Positions 47,151-56,958 of a stretch of DNA of 64,000 nucleotides are shown here, piece after piece; the first letter of the stretch is position 1; every line of letters starts with the position of its first letter. Source of the DNA: Candidatus Dojkabacteria bacterium (GTDB lineage Bacteria; Patescibacteriota; Dojkabacteria; SC72); assembly GCA_018056375.1 (NCBI GenBank), contig JAGPFQ010000001.1:103995-167994 (forward strand), read 5' to 3'. The notes under the pieces were generated by a model. The model was not told the DNA's origin, did not search any database, and saw only the letters and a program-made list of their open reading frames with translations. A program made the position numbers and the translations under genes.

Positions 47151-48439
47151 TCAACCCAAGAGATATCAGCACCTAGTTTTTGTAAGTTTTCTACAAAGTT
47201 TGGATGAGCTCTTTTAATTGAGTCTGCATTTCGAATAATACTCTCTCCTTTTATGGTAAGCGCTACCATCAACAATGCAACTGTTGCGCGAATGATATTA
47301 GGACTATCAACTGTAGCGGGTTGAAGAGGTTTGTTACCAAATACAATTATTCTATGTGGGTCACACATTACAATATGTGCTCCAAACTTTATCATCTCTG
47401 TTATCCAGAAGAGTCCACCTTCATAGAGTTTGTTCCAAAACATAATATTGCCATCAGATTTAACTGCTAATGCTATCATTAATGGTAGGAGATCCGTTGG
47501 GAAGTATGGCCATGGAGCAGCTTCAACCTTTTGAAGCATGTTTTTTGTGTAAGGCTCTAAGATTCTTAATTCATCTCCTCCTTCGATGTAAGCATCGTTA
47601 CCTGAATACTTAACATTAACTCCAAATTTTTTAAATGTTTTAGCTATTAATGGGAAGTGTTCTGGAACTGCATTTTTAACTTTAATATTTCCTCCTGTCA
47701 TAGCTCCAAGTGCAAGTAGTGTTGTTATCTCATGGTGATCTGAAGAGATTGTAAAATCAGTACCATGTAATTTATCTACACCTGTAACTTCTAATGTCGA
47801 TGTCCCTATTCCCTTAATCTTTGCTCCCATGCTAACTAGGAAATTACATAAATCCTGTACATGTGGTTCTGATGCAGCATTTGTCATTATGGATGTACCA
47901 TCTGCCTTACTAGCTGCCATAGCGAAGTTTTCTGTAGTTGTTACACTCATGTAGTCTTGCCAAAGAGTTGTTGCTTTTAGTCCATTTGAGGTGTTAATAC
48001 TTAACTTTTCTCCATCTATTATCTCTGCACCTAATCCTTGTAGAATCTCTAGGTGTGGATCTAGTTCTCTAATACCAAGAGTACATCCACCAATCTCTTT
48101 TCTCACCTCAATATGTTCCATTCTGGTAGCAAGAGGACCAAGAAGAAGGATGGATCCCCTCATTCCCATTGGAAAACCTTCATCTCCAAACTCTTTTTTA
48201 AATTCACTATTATTAATTTTAAGAACACACTCTTCTTTGTTCCAATCAATTTTTGAGCCAAGTTGAGAAAGAAGCTCGATTAGTTTCTCTACATCAGTTA
48301 AATCTGGGAAGTTACGAATAGTAACATCCTCATCTGTTAAAAGAGAAGCGCACAGTATGGGAAGTGCAGAGTTTTTATTCCCTGCGGGAGTAATTTCTCC
48401 TCTTAAGATGTTTCCTCCTCTTACTAAAAGGTTTGACAT
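47147..48439 (-). CDS. murA: UDP-N-acetylglucosamine 1-carboxyvinyltransferase
   Basis: MSNLLVRGGNILRGEITPAGNKNSALPIL; 430 aa. Confidence 0.9.
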   Translation of the reverse strand: MSNLLVRGGNILRGEITPAGNKNSALPILCASLLTDEDVTIRNFPDLTDVEKLIELLSQLGSKIDWNKEECVLKINNSEFKKEFGDEGFPMGMRGSILLLGPLATRMEHIEVRKEIGGCTLGIRELDPHLEILQGLGAEIIDGEKLSINTSNGLKATTLWQDYMSVTTTENFAMAASKADGTSIMTNAASEPHVQDLCNFLVSMGAKIKGIGTSTLEVTGVDKLHGTDFTISSDHHEITTLLALGAMTGGNIKVKNAVPEHFPLIAKTFKKFGVNVKYSGNDAYIEGGDELRILEPYTKNMLQKVEAAPWPYFPTDLLPLMIALAVKSDGNIMFWNKLYEGGLFWITEMIKFGAHIVMCDPHRIIVFGNKPLQPATVDSPNIIRATVALLMVALTIKGESIIRNADSIKRAHPNFVENLQKLGADISWVD

Positions 48440-48443
48440 ATTT

Positions 48444-49622
48444 TTATTTAAAACTAATATTATCTACAATCTTCTTTTGTGCATTAAGCACAAAGATATT
48501 TTGTACCTTTTTTGAATTAATATCTAACTCTTTTCTGGTAAATAGATTGATAGTCATTTGTAATTTTTCAGGAGTTAATTCAGCTTCTGGTATGATTGTT
48601 GCTAAACCAGTACTCTTTAATACTTCAGCATTCTTTTGTTGTTCATTGTTTGTAACCCATGGTATTGGGATTAGTATAGAAGGAATTTGTAAAATTCCCA
48701 TCTCATATACAGTATTTGCACCTGCCCTACCTAGAAAGAAATCAATATTATTTAGAACAAAACCAATAGCTTCATTGTCAACATACTTTGTTACAACAAA
48801 TCTATCCTTAAAACTCTCTTCCAATTTCTCTTTTTCTAAACACATGATGTTGTAATCATTTGTAGCCTGGCTATCACCTGTTTGTAAAATTATTTGAAAG
48901 TCGTGTAGTAAAGGTACTAGAGACTCTTTTATAGCTTGATTAATTACATGTGACCCTAAACTTCCTCCAGAGACATAGATAATTGGATATTCTTCTTGTA
49001 CTTCTAACATCTTCCTAACTTGTTCTACCAATGGTCCACTACCTCCTTTTTGGAAAACTTCGTTCCTAACAGGATTACCTGTGTAAATAGTTCTTTCTTT
49101 TGGAAAATACTCTTGTGATAATGGGTATGCTAGGAATATTTTTTTTGCAAACTTCCCTACAATTCTGTTTGTTAGACCAACACTTGCTGTCTGTTCATGG
49201 AGATATATATCAGCCTTTAATAGTTTTGCTACTAAACAGACTGGTACAGATACAAAACCACCTGTAGATATTACGATATCAGGTTTGAAATTTTTGAAGA
49301 TTTTAAATGTATCAATGAAGCCTAGTATTGTCCTGAACAAAAGATAGATTGTTCTCATGTTGAAATATCTTTGGAGTTTCCCACCTCTAATATATTTTTT
49401 TTCAAACTTCTCATTTGCGAAAACTCTCATTTCAAGAGAATTACCTGGTTTCTCTTTTTCTGTTCCTAAGTCACTTCCGATGTAAAGGAAATTGTTTGGA
49501 TTTAGTGTATATCTTTCGTCTAGTTCTTTAATAATTGCTTTAGCAGAAGATATATGTCCTCCTGAACCACCTCCTGTTACAACAACTCTTTTTGTTAGAA
49601 CTTTCTTTGGTTCTTTATGCAT
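48444..49622 (-). CDS. murG: MurG-type undecaprenyldiphospho-muramoylpentapeptide beta-N-acetylglucosaminyltransferase
   Basis: N-terminal VVVTGGGSGGHI motif and GT-B two-domain length. Confidence 0.75.
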   Translation of the reverse strand: MHKEPKKVLTKRVVVTGGGSGGHISSAKAIIKELDERYTLNPNNFLYIGSDLGTEKEKPGNSLEMRVFANEKFEKKYIRGGKLQRYFNMRTIYLLFRTILGFIDTFKIFKNFKPDIVISTGGFVSVPVCLVAKLLKADIYLHEQTASVGLTNRIVGKFAKKIFLAYPLSQEYFPKERTIYTGNPVRNEVFQKGGSGPLVEQVRKMLEVQEEYPIIYVSGGSLGSHVINQAIKESLVPLLHDFQIILQTGDSQATNDYNIMCLEKEKLEESFKDRFVVTKYVDNEAIGFVLNNIDFFLGRAGANTVYEMGILQIPSILIPIPWVTNNEQQKNAEVLKSTGLATIIPEAELTPEKLQMTINLFTRKELDINSKKVQNIFVLNAQKKIVDNISFK

Positions 49623-50793
49623 GTTTCTTAGAATACTTACTAATATTTATTAACATTCCTAACCCTATCATTGTTGCAATTGTACTAGAACCGCCGTAAG
49701 ATAACAAAGGTATAGGTATTCCTGTGATTGGTATTAGACCTACGTTTGCTGACATATTTAAAAATGTTTGGAATGTTAACCAAACTGTAATACCGATTGC
49801 TAATATTTTTCCTGCTTTATCAGGAGCGTTCTTAGCAACCTTAAATCCTCTCCAGAGGAAAAATATCCATACACCAACTAATATTAATCCACCTAAAAAA
49901 CCTAACTCTTCTAGTATTACTGCAAATATAGAATCAGTAAAAGCTGTGTTTTCTACTAGATAGCCAAATCTTTGTCTTGACTGACCGAATCCTTTACCAA
50001 AAAAACCAGCAGAACCAATTCCTATCAATATTTGATGAAGTTGATATCCTGTTTCTCTAACATCAGCTATTTCTCCTGTTCTAAGGAGATGTAAATATGT
50101 TGCTAGTCTTTTTCTTCTGTAGGTCTTTATCATCATGGCACCAAAACCTAAAACTATTGTTGCTATAAGAGTAATTATGGAATATTTTCTATGATCTTCT
50201 CCATCTTTTGCAGCGAAGAACATAGCTAATGCAATGAAAGTAAGGATCGCTGCTGTACCGTAGTCAGGTTCCAGAGCTATTAGAATTACAACAATTCCTA
50301 TTATGACCAGGAAACTAAGTAATGTTCTAAAGAAAGCTTGTTTTGAAACATTTTTTGAATCACTTTTAAAATAAGGGTTGCCTGATATCCAACTTGCTAG
50401 GTAAAGGATAAATGCTGGTTTGGCAAATTCCGCTGGTTGCATGCGTGGTAAGAATCCAAATTCAAACCATCTTTTTGAACCATTGATATCTTTCCCAAAG
50501 ATTAGTACTAAAACAAGGAGAATAGTAGCTAAGCCAAAGAAGAGAGGTGAAAGTTTCATTAGTTTTCTGTAATCCCAAAAGTAGAGGATTATTGCCAGAA
50601 AAGAACCTACACCGATCCATATTAGTTGCTGTTTTAAATAATATAGTGAATCTCCTTGAGTAGCATTTGCTGTGTATACACTCGCATCAAAAATCATAAT
50701 CGCACCAAAAATCATCATCAGGATAGTGAAGTAGATGATATACATATCAGGTGCAAATTTCTTTTTTCCTTTTTTTCTTGGTAGGCTGGACAT
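49615..50793 (-). CDS. ftsW: SEDS-family peptidoglycan glycosyltransferase/lipid II flippase
   Basis: 10-TM profile; C-terminal PLLSYGGSS motif. Confidence 0.85.
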   Translation of the reverse strand: MSSLPRKKGKKKFAPDMYIIYFTILMMIFGAIMIFDASVYTANATQGDSLYYLKQQLIWIGVGSFLAIILYFWDYRKLMKLSPLFFGLATILLVLVLIFGKDINGSKRWFEFGFLPRMQPAEFAKPAFILYLASWISGNPYFKSDSKNVSKQAFFRTLLSFLVIIGIVVILIALEPDYGTAAILTFIALAMFFAAKDGEDHRKYSIITLIATIVLGFGAMMIKTYRRKRLATYLHLLRTGEIADVRETGYQLHQILIGIGSAGFFGKGFGQSRQRFGYLVENTAFTDSIFAVILEELGFLGGLILVGVWIFFLWRGFKVAKNAPDKAGKILAIGITVWLTFQTFLNMSANVGLIPITGIPIPLLSYGGSSTIATMIGLGMLINISKYSKKHA

Positions 50794-50829
50794 ATTCTTT
50801 CTACTAATATACTATATATGTAGGAATTT

Positions 50830-51432
50830 ATGAAGAATGTAAAGAAAGAGAATTTATTAATAGTTGTAGGAGGTCCTGGTAGTAGTGGTGCTAGCACAAT
50901 AGCTAAAATGCTTTCCGAACATTTTGATTTAGAGAGGGTTTACGCAGGAGGTGTTTTTAGGGAAAAGGTTGAAGCTTTGGGGTATAAGAGTTTGGAAGAA
51001 TTTTACTTAAAAGCTACCCCAGAGATGTTTTTTGATATTGATAGAGAAGTTGATAAATATATGATAGAAAGAGCTAAGCAAAGGGGAGTTCTTTTTGATT
51101 CTAAAGCTTTTGCAGCAATAGCTACTAAGGAAGGTATAGAGTGTACAGTGAAGATATGGTTAGAGTCATCTCTTCCTGTTAGAGCAAAAAGATTAGTTGG
51201 TAAACATGGAGAATTGCCTTTCTTAAAGAAGCTATTTTTGTATGTTTCAACTCTGTTTAATCTTGCAAATAGGAGAAGAGCTGATGGAAAGAGATATTGG
51301 GAGTTATATAAAGTTGAGTATTCAAAACCAGGGAAATATAATGATATTGTTTTAGATACATCTCATATTGATGAGAATGAAACTTTTAAATTGATTTTAG
51401 ATATGATAGAGGATGGGGGATATATTAAATAA
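50830..51432 (+). CDS. cmk: P-loop nucleotide kinase, likely (d)CMP/cytidylate kinase (short archaeal-like type)
   Basis: LIVVGGPGSSGASTIAKMLSEHFDL..YAGGVFRE resembles the Cmk N-terminus. Confidence 0.55.
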   Translation: MKNVKKENLLIVVGGPGSSGASTIAKMLSEHFDLERVYAGGVFREKVEALGYKSLEEFYLKATPEMFFDIDREVDKYMIERAKQRGVLFDSKAFAAIATKEGIECTVKIWLESSLPVRAKRLVGKHGELPFLKKLFLYVSTLFNLANRRRADGKRYWELYKVEYSKPGKYNDIVLDTSHIDENETFKLILDMIEDGGYIK

Positions 51433-51472
51433 TCAGAATATTCAAGATGGTCAGGGGGTTGTTCCAGCAGAT

Positions 51473-51646
51473 ATGCCTATGGAGTTTAATAAACAGAATC
51501 CTAATGAACAAAGAGAGGATTTAGATGTTGTTTGGTCTAGGTTAAGATGTATGGTTTGTGGTTATGTACATGAAGGTATGGTTCGAATGAAAGAGTGTCC
51601 TAGATGTGGGAATAATAATCCTGATAAGTTTGATGATGCGGATTAG
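51473..51646 (+). CDS. small zinc-ribbon (rubredoxin-like CxxC...CxxC) protein
   Basis: CMVCGYVHEG...CPRCGN. The ORF overlaps the cmk 3' end; the start is uncertain (51413 or 51473). Confidence 0.35.
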   Translation: MPMEFNKQNPNEQREDLDVVWSRLRCMVCGYVHEGMVRMKECPRCGNNNPDKFDDAD

Positions 51647-51675
51647 TCCTATTTAAATTTTAAATAAATATATGT

Positions 51676-52959
51676 ATGGAGAATGAAAAGATTGATGCAC
51701 CTGAAGTAGCTTCTGCTGTTGGTGAGGAAAATGTTGATACTGCATCTAGTGTACCAACATTAACAGCTAAGCCAAAACCTAATAGTTTACTAGTAGTTCT
51801 TTTAGTAGTTTTATGTTTATTGCTTATTGTTGGTGGTACGTATGCTTTTGTTAGGCATACTATAAAGAAAGAGAGTGATAGAACAGAGGATGGAGGTGCA
51901 GTTGTGGTTAAAGAACATGGAAAACAGGATGAGGAAGTAGAGGAAGTTGTAACTAGTAATAGTAAGAAGCCAAAGACTTTAGATAAGTTGTTCTATGTTA
52001 AGGACAGCAATATATTTTCTTATGATATTACTACTAAAGAGATTAAAAAGTTGACATCTTACCCAGAGAACTCTGCTAATATTGGTATTTCTAATGTGAT
52101 AGATGAAAAACAGATTGGTTTTACCAGATGTCTTACAGTAGAAGGTGACTATGGTTGTGCCCTATTTACATTAAATACAGATACATTGAAGGTCGAGGAG
52201 AGGAAGAAACTTGGTAAGAGTGAGCACTCCCAAGGTGCAACTTTTGCAACTGAAACAAAGTTTGCATATGCATTTTTTAAAGGTAATAAGTGGAGTTTAG
52301 TTTATGAAAATAATGGCGTTGTAAAAATTTTAGAGGATATTACTATGACTGAAGAGTTTGGAAGAGGTGGTTTTGTTGAAGATAGTAGTAAGGTTGCATT
52401 CTCTCCTGACCAGAAGTATCTTTTACAGATTTCGACAGCGTCTCCTAGAGCTATTATGGATCCTACTGTTCATGTATATGATTTGAGTAATGATAAGAAA
52501 GATGTTATTGATAATGCAACACAGCCTCAGTGGATGGATTCAAATTTAATTGTTTACAGAAGCTATGATGAAGAGACCCAAAAGGGAGATGGATTGTATA
52601 TCTATAATGTCAAAACAAAGAAATCTGAGAAGATTAATGGTGTAGTTGATGCTTCTTATCTACCTAATGTTTTGTATGGCACTAAGAAAATAGTTTACAA
52701 TGTTTATCCTGAGAAGGAGATATGGCTTTATAATGGTGAGAATGGCAAAAATGAAAAGCTTACAGATTTAGGATTAGATCCTCTTTGGGTTAATGAAAGC
52801 ACTGTTGTTTTTACAAGTATAGAGAATTGTACTAATGATTGTGAAGGGATGATGGATTATAATGTTTTAGGTGTTGCTATATTTGATTTGAAGACTAATA
52901 CAGCTATATTTATACCAGAAATTAAGGATGCAGGATCAATTGTTACCGAGTATTTGTAA
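51676..52959 (+). CDS. membrane-anchored extracytoplasmic hypothetical protein (427 aa)
   Basis: One N-terminal TM helix followed by a large soluble domain; no motif recognised. Confidence 0.4.
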   Translation: MENEKIDAPEVASAVGEENVDTASSVPTLTAKPKPNSLLVVLLVVLCLLLIVGGTYAFVRHTIKKESDRTEDGGAVVVKEHGKQDEEVEEVVTSNSKKPKTLDKLFYVKDSNIFSYDITTKEIKKLTSYPENSANIGISNVIDEKQIGFTRCLTVEGDYGCALFTLNTDTLKVEERKKLGKSEHSQGATFATETKFAYAFFKGNKWSLVYENNGVVKILEDITMTEEFGRGGFVEDSSKVAFSPDQKYLLQISTASPRAIMDPTVHVYDLSNDKKDVIDNATQPQWMDSNLIVYRSYDEETQKGDGLYIYNVKTKKSEKINGVVDASYLPNVLYGTKKIVYNVYPEKEIWLYNGENGKNEKLTDLGLDPLWVNESTVVFTSIENCTNDCEGMMDYNVLGVAIFDLKTNTAIFIPEIKDAGSIVTEYL

Positions 52960-52988
52960 TGTTGTAATTTAGGGAGATTAATAGTGAA

Positions 52989-53072
52989 ATGCAGGAAGAG
53001 AGAATCGAACTCTCACTCTATTGCTAGAACGGGATTTTAAGTCCCGCGCGTCTGCCTATTCCGCCATTCCTG
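52989..53072 (-). tRNA. tRNA-Leu (anticodon UAA), class II with long variable arm
   Basis: Reverse complement reads GCAGGAATGGCGGAATAGGCAGACGCGCGGGACTTAAAATCCCGTTCTAGCAATAGAGTGAGAGTTCGATTCTCTCTTCCTGCA. Confidence 0.85.
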
Positions 53073-53115
53073 CTTAGTAGTAAGTATTTTATCAAAAACA
53101 GAAGGTTTTGAAAAT

Positions 53116-53188
53116 AAGGTGACGACGGGAATCGAACCCGTGATAATGGTTTTGCAGACCACGGCCTTAACCAACTTGGCTACGTCAC
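53116..53188 (-). tRNA. tRNA-Cys (anticodon GCA)
   Basis: Reverse complement reads GGTGACGTAGCCAAGTTGGTTAAGGCCGTGGTCTGCAAAACCATTATCACGGGTTCGATTCCCGTCGTCACCT. Confidence 0.85.
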
Positions 53189-53189
53189 C

Positions 53190-54593
53190 TTAAGAATCAA
53201 GTACATCTTTGACAGTAATAATTTCTAAAATACTGTCAGATTTCTTGTTTTTAATAGAGCTACCGCTAATAATAGCAATTTTATCCAATAATTCCAACTC
53301 CCCAGAGGCATATATTTTTTCTACACCCAATCTGATGTTGTTATCTCTATCATCGGATAACTCTTTAATATAATGTGTTTTTACACCACTAAATAGTATG
53401 TTTTCTCTAATACTTTCAAACGAAGAACTAGCTACATATATTGGGATATTTGGTCTATGTCTACTAACACTACCTACTACGCCTTTAGAATCAGAAACAA
53501 TTAAGATTGCATTGTATCCTACTTCTGTAGAGAATTTACATGCAGTTAATGCGAGTTTATCTACTTCTTTTCCAGCTTCTGTCTCCCCTTCTATCGGTGA
53601 GAGCTTCATAACTTGCTCTGTTCTTAATGCTATTTTATTCATATATTCAACAGCTTCTACTGGATATTTTCCAGTTGATGTCTCAGCAGAGAGCATAAGG
53701 CAATCAGTACCATCCATTACTGCATTTGCCACATCAGAAACTTCTGCTCTAGTTGGTCTCTTGTTGTCTCTCATAGACTCTAACATCTGTGTAGCTACAA
53801 TGATTGGTTTACCAATCGCTCTAGCTTTGTAAATCATCTCTTTTTGTAAAATTGGTACCTCCTCTAGTGGTAATTCTACTCCCATATCTCCTCTTGCTAC
53901 CATAATGGCATCAGCTTCCTCTAGTATCTCATCAAAATTTGCTACTCCTTCCCTATTCTCAATCTTTGCAATAATTTTAATTTTACTACCTTCCAAAAGT
54001 TTTCTAACTTCAAGCATATCTTTCTTGTTTCTTACAAAAGATGCACATACGTAGTCAAACTTTAATTCTTTTGCATATTTAATATCTTGAATATCTTTTT
54101 CTGTAAGAAGAGGGAACTTAAGATTAACATCTGGAATGTTTACAGTCTTGTTTGGTTTTAGTATACCTGCCTGAGTTACATCACAGATTACATTTTTCTC
54201 TTTAATTTCTCTGACCTTTAGTTGAATGTTTCCATCATCTAGGAATATTTCTGTTCCAACAACAACATCTTCATGCAAAGAAGGATATGTTATCTTTACA
54301 ACATTAGGATTTGGATTCTCGACAGAAGATAAAATCAGGGTATCTTTTACATCTATTTCCTCTTTCAAGTCTTTTACCCTAATTTTTGTTCCTTGTGTGT
54401 CTAAAATTAGGGCAATTCTCGGAGAGATGTTTCTGATTTGGTTGGATACTCTTGTTAATTCTGCAAAATCAGCGAAAGAGGCATTAATTCTAGCTACTCT
54501 CATTCCTGCATCAAACATTTTTTTAATGATTTCATCGCTCCAAGTAGAAGGACCTATTGTTGCGACAATTTTTGTTCTTGCGATATTTTTCAT
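53190..54593 (-). CDS. pyk: pyruvate kinase
   Basis: KIVATIGPST...MRVARINASF; 467 aa. Confidence 0.9.
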   Translation of the reverse strand: MKNIARTKIVATIGPSTWSDEIIKKMFDAGMRVARINASFADFAELTRVSNQIRNISPRIALILDTQGTKIRVKDLKEEIDVKDTLILSSVENPNPNVVKITYPSLHEDVVVGTEIFLDDGNIQLKVREIKEKNVICDVTQAGILKPNKTVNIPDVNLKFPLLTEKDIQDIKYAKELKFDYVCASFVRNKKDMLEVRKLLEGSKIKIIAKIENREGVANFDEILEEADAIMVARGDMGVELPLEEVPILQKEMIYKARAIGKPIIVATQMLESMRDNKRPTRAEVSDVANAVMDGTDCLMLSAETSTGKYPVEAVEYMNKIALRTEQVMKLSPIEGETEAGKEVDKLALTACKFSTEVGYNAILIVSDSKGVVGSVSRHRPNIPIYVASSSFESIRENILFSGVKTHYIKELSDDRDNNIRLGVEKIYASGELELLDKIAIISGSSIKNKKSDSILEIITVKDVLDS

Positions 54594-54712
54594 TTGGGCA
54601 GCTTTAATATATTATCTCTTCAGTATACAATATCTATGCAATATCACAAGTGTTTTTCTTTGGTTTTAATAATTGACATGATAGATTAGCCAATGTATAA
54701 TCCACCCTAGTT

Positions 54713-55051
54713 ATGAAAAAAGATATACATCCACAATATAACAGTAATTTGGTAGTCACTTGCTCTTGTGGCAATTCTTTTACTACTGGTTCTACACTTC
54801 AGGATGATAGTGTGACGATTGATATCTGTTCTAAATGTCATCCTTTCTATACTGGTGAACAGAAGATTGTTGATACAGATAATGTTGTAAGGAAGTTTGA
54901 GGAGAGATTGGAGAAATCTAAGAAGATGTCATTCTCTAGTAAGAAAGAGAAAATGGCTAAGAGAAGAGCTAAGATGGAAAATCTTTCTTCTAAACCAGCA
55001 ACAACACTCTCTTTGAGAGATATGTTAGAGAACGCAAAAATCTCTAAGTAA
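54713..55051 (+). CDS. rpmE: 50S ribosomal protein L31 (Zn-ribbon type) with K/E-rich C-terminal extension
   Basis: [10 protein letters not shown]...CSCGN...[10 protein letters not shown]. Confidence 0.85.
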   Translation: MKKDIHPQYNSNLVVTCSCGNSFTTGSTLQDDSVTIDICSKCHPFYTGEQKIVDTDNVVRKFEERLEKSKKMSFSSKKEKMAKRRAKMENLSSKPATTLSLRDMLENAKISK

Positions 55052-55073
55052 CAGTTCCCCAAGATAGTTTTAA

Positions 55074-56180
55074 TTGGTATTATGTACTATGGATGTTAAA
55101 GCATTAAAGAAAAAATATAGTGATGGTAGTGCACAGGAGAAGGTAAAGGAACTGGAAAAAGAAATGCAAGAAGGAGTTGCAAATGGAGGAAAGGATTTGT
55201 CTTTTTTGAGTTCTGAGCTTGCCTATTATTCAGACCTTGCATATAAAGTATCTCAAATACAGAAAGCTATTGAGGATTTAGAAAGTACCAGAGACCTTGT
55301 TGATAATGAACAGGATTTAGAGTTAAAGGAGATGGCTCTTGAAGAGATTGTAAATTTGGAAGAAAGGATTGGTGTGTTAGATAAAGAGATACATGACCTT
55401 CAGGTTTCTAGGATGTTTGTTGATGAAGATGATAATAGGTCTGTAATTCTTGAGATAAGGGCTGGTGCTGGTGGTGATGAGGCTGCTCTTTTTGCTGCTG
55501 ATCTTTTTAGAATGTATAAGAACTATGCTACTACAAAGGGTTGGAATATTGGAATTATTGACAGTAATGTTACTGAGGGTGGTGGCTACAAGGAAGTTAT
55601 TGCACAGATAGAAGGAGGGAGTGTTTTTAAGGATTTAAAGTATGAAAGTGGTGTTCATAGAGTTCAGAGAGTCCCCTCTACTGAGTCTTCTGGTAGAATT
55701 CACACTTCTACAGCTTCTGTCGCTATATTACCAGAGGCAAAAGATATTGACGTTGAGATAAATCCTGAAGATTTAAGGATTGATGTCATGAGAGCATCTG
55801 GTGCAGGTGGTCAGTGTGTAAACAGGACAGATTCTGCTGTTAGAATAACTCATATACCTTCTGGTATTGTTGTTAGTTGTCAAGAGACAAAGCATCAACA
55901 ACAGAACAAAGAAAAAGCTATGGCAATTTTAAGGTCTAGGCTTTACGATTTGAAGAAGCAGAAAGAGGCTGAGAAACGATCAGATATGAGGTCTTCTCAG
56001 ATTGGTTCAGGTATGAGAGCTGAGAAGATTAGAACTTACAATTTCCCACAGAATAGAATTACAGACCATAGGGTTAAACTTTCTTGGCATAATCTTGAAG
56101 AGGTTTTGAATGGTAATATCCAAGAAATTATCGAAGATGTTAGGAATGGTATTCAAAACGAACTTTTGAAGGATGAGTAA
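55074..56180 (+). CDS. prfA: peptide chain release factor 1
   Basis: GGQ motif (ASGAGGQCVNRTDSAVR) and the RF1-type tripeptide context VQRVPSTESSGRIHTS. It is followed by prmC. Confidence 0.9.
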   Translation: MVLCTMDVKALKKKYSDGSAQEKVKELEKEMQEGVANGGKDLSFLSSELAYYSDLAYKVSQIQKAIEDLESTRDLVDNEQDLELKEMALEEIVNLEERIGVLDKEIHDLQVSRMFVDEDDNRSVILEIRAGAGGDEAALFAADLFRMYKNYATTKGWNIGIIDSNVTEGGGYKEVIAQIEGGSVFKDLKYESGVHRVQRVPSTESSGRIHTSTASVAILPEAKDIDVEINPEDLRIDVMRASGAGGQCVNRTDSAVRITHIPSGIVVSCQETKHQQQNKEKAMAILRSRLYDLKKQKEAEKRSDMRSSQIGSGMRAEKIRTYNFPQNRITDHRVKLSWHNLEEVLNGNIQEIIEDVRNGIQNELLKDE

Positions 56181-56958
56181 TCTTAAAGAGCTTTTCAAAA
56201 TACAGAATGCATTAAAAAAGGCTGGCTACTTTGATGTGTCTAGGATTAGTAATGAGATTTATACATATTGTGTTGAAAAGAATATTAATATTGAAGATGT
56301 TTTGAAGGAGATAGAAAGTGGTAAGCCATGGGAGTATGTTTTAGGTATTACAGAGTTTTGTGGTAATGAGATTTTTATTACGGAGGATACATTAATTCCT
56401 AGAATTGAGACTGAACAACTTGTTGATATTGCGCTAGATATTCTTGATGGAAATATTGATTTAAAAAGAGTTATTGATATCGGTTGTGGGAGTGGTTGTA
56501 TAGCCATTTCAATTGCTAAAAAGAGAGGAGATTTGCAGTTTCTAGCAACAGATGTAAGTAAGAAAGCTTTGGATGTAGCAAAGAAGAATGTAAAGCATCA
56601 CGGTTTAGAAGAAATTATTGAACTAAAGGAGGTTGATTTGATAGATTCTTTAGATATCCAATCTAATTCTTTAATGGTTGCGAATTTGCCGTATATCCCA
56701 ACAGATATGTATGAGAATTTAGATTGTAGTGTTAAAGATTTTGAACCTAGAATAGCTTTGGATGGTAAAGAAGATGGACTTTTTTACTACAAAGAATTAA
56801 TTAAAAAGATAGAAAAGTCTGGAAAGAAAAATATTTATCTATTGATTGAGATTGAACCCTCTACTCTACCCATCCTAAAGAAGAATTACAAACAGATAGA
56901 GAAGGTTTTTAAAGATTTTAGAGAGAAGGATAGATTTGTACTATTCCATTTCTCCTAA
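56173..56958 (+). CDS. prmC: release factor glutamine N5-methyltransferase
   Basis: DIGCGSGCIAIS and NLPYIP (NPPY-type); overlaps the prfA stop. Confidence 0.8.
   Translation: MSNLKELFKIQNALKKAGYFDVSRISNEIYTYCVEKNINIEDVLKEIESGKPWEYVLGITEFCGNEIFITEDTLIPRIETEQLVDIALDILDGNIDLKRVIDIGCGSGCIAISIAKKRGDLQFLATDVSKKALDVAKKNVKHHGLEEIIELKEVDLIDSLDIQSNSLMVANLPYIPTDMYENLDCSVKDFEPRIALDGKEDGLFYYKELIKKIEKSGKKNIYLLIEIEPSTLPILKKNYKQIEKVFKDFREKDRFVLFHFS

Noticed and set aside
55074-56180. Checked the release factor gene for an in-frame UGA and +1 frameshift (prfB-type programmed frameshift).
   Set aside because: The protein has the RF1-type P(S/A)T tripeptide context and an uninterrupted frame, so it is prfA with no recoding site.
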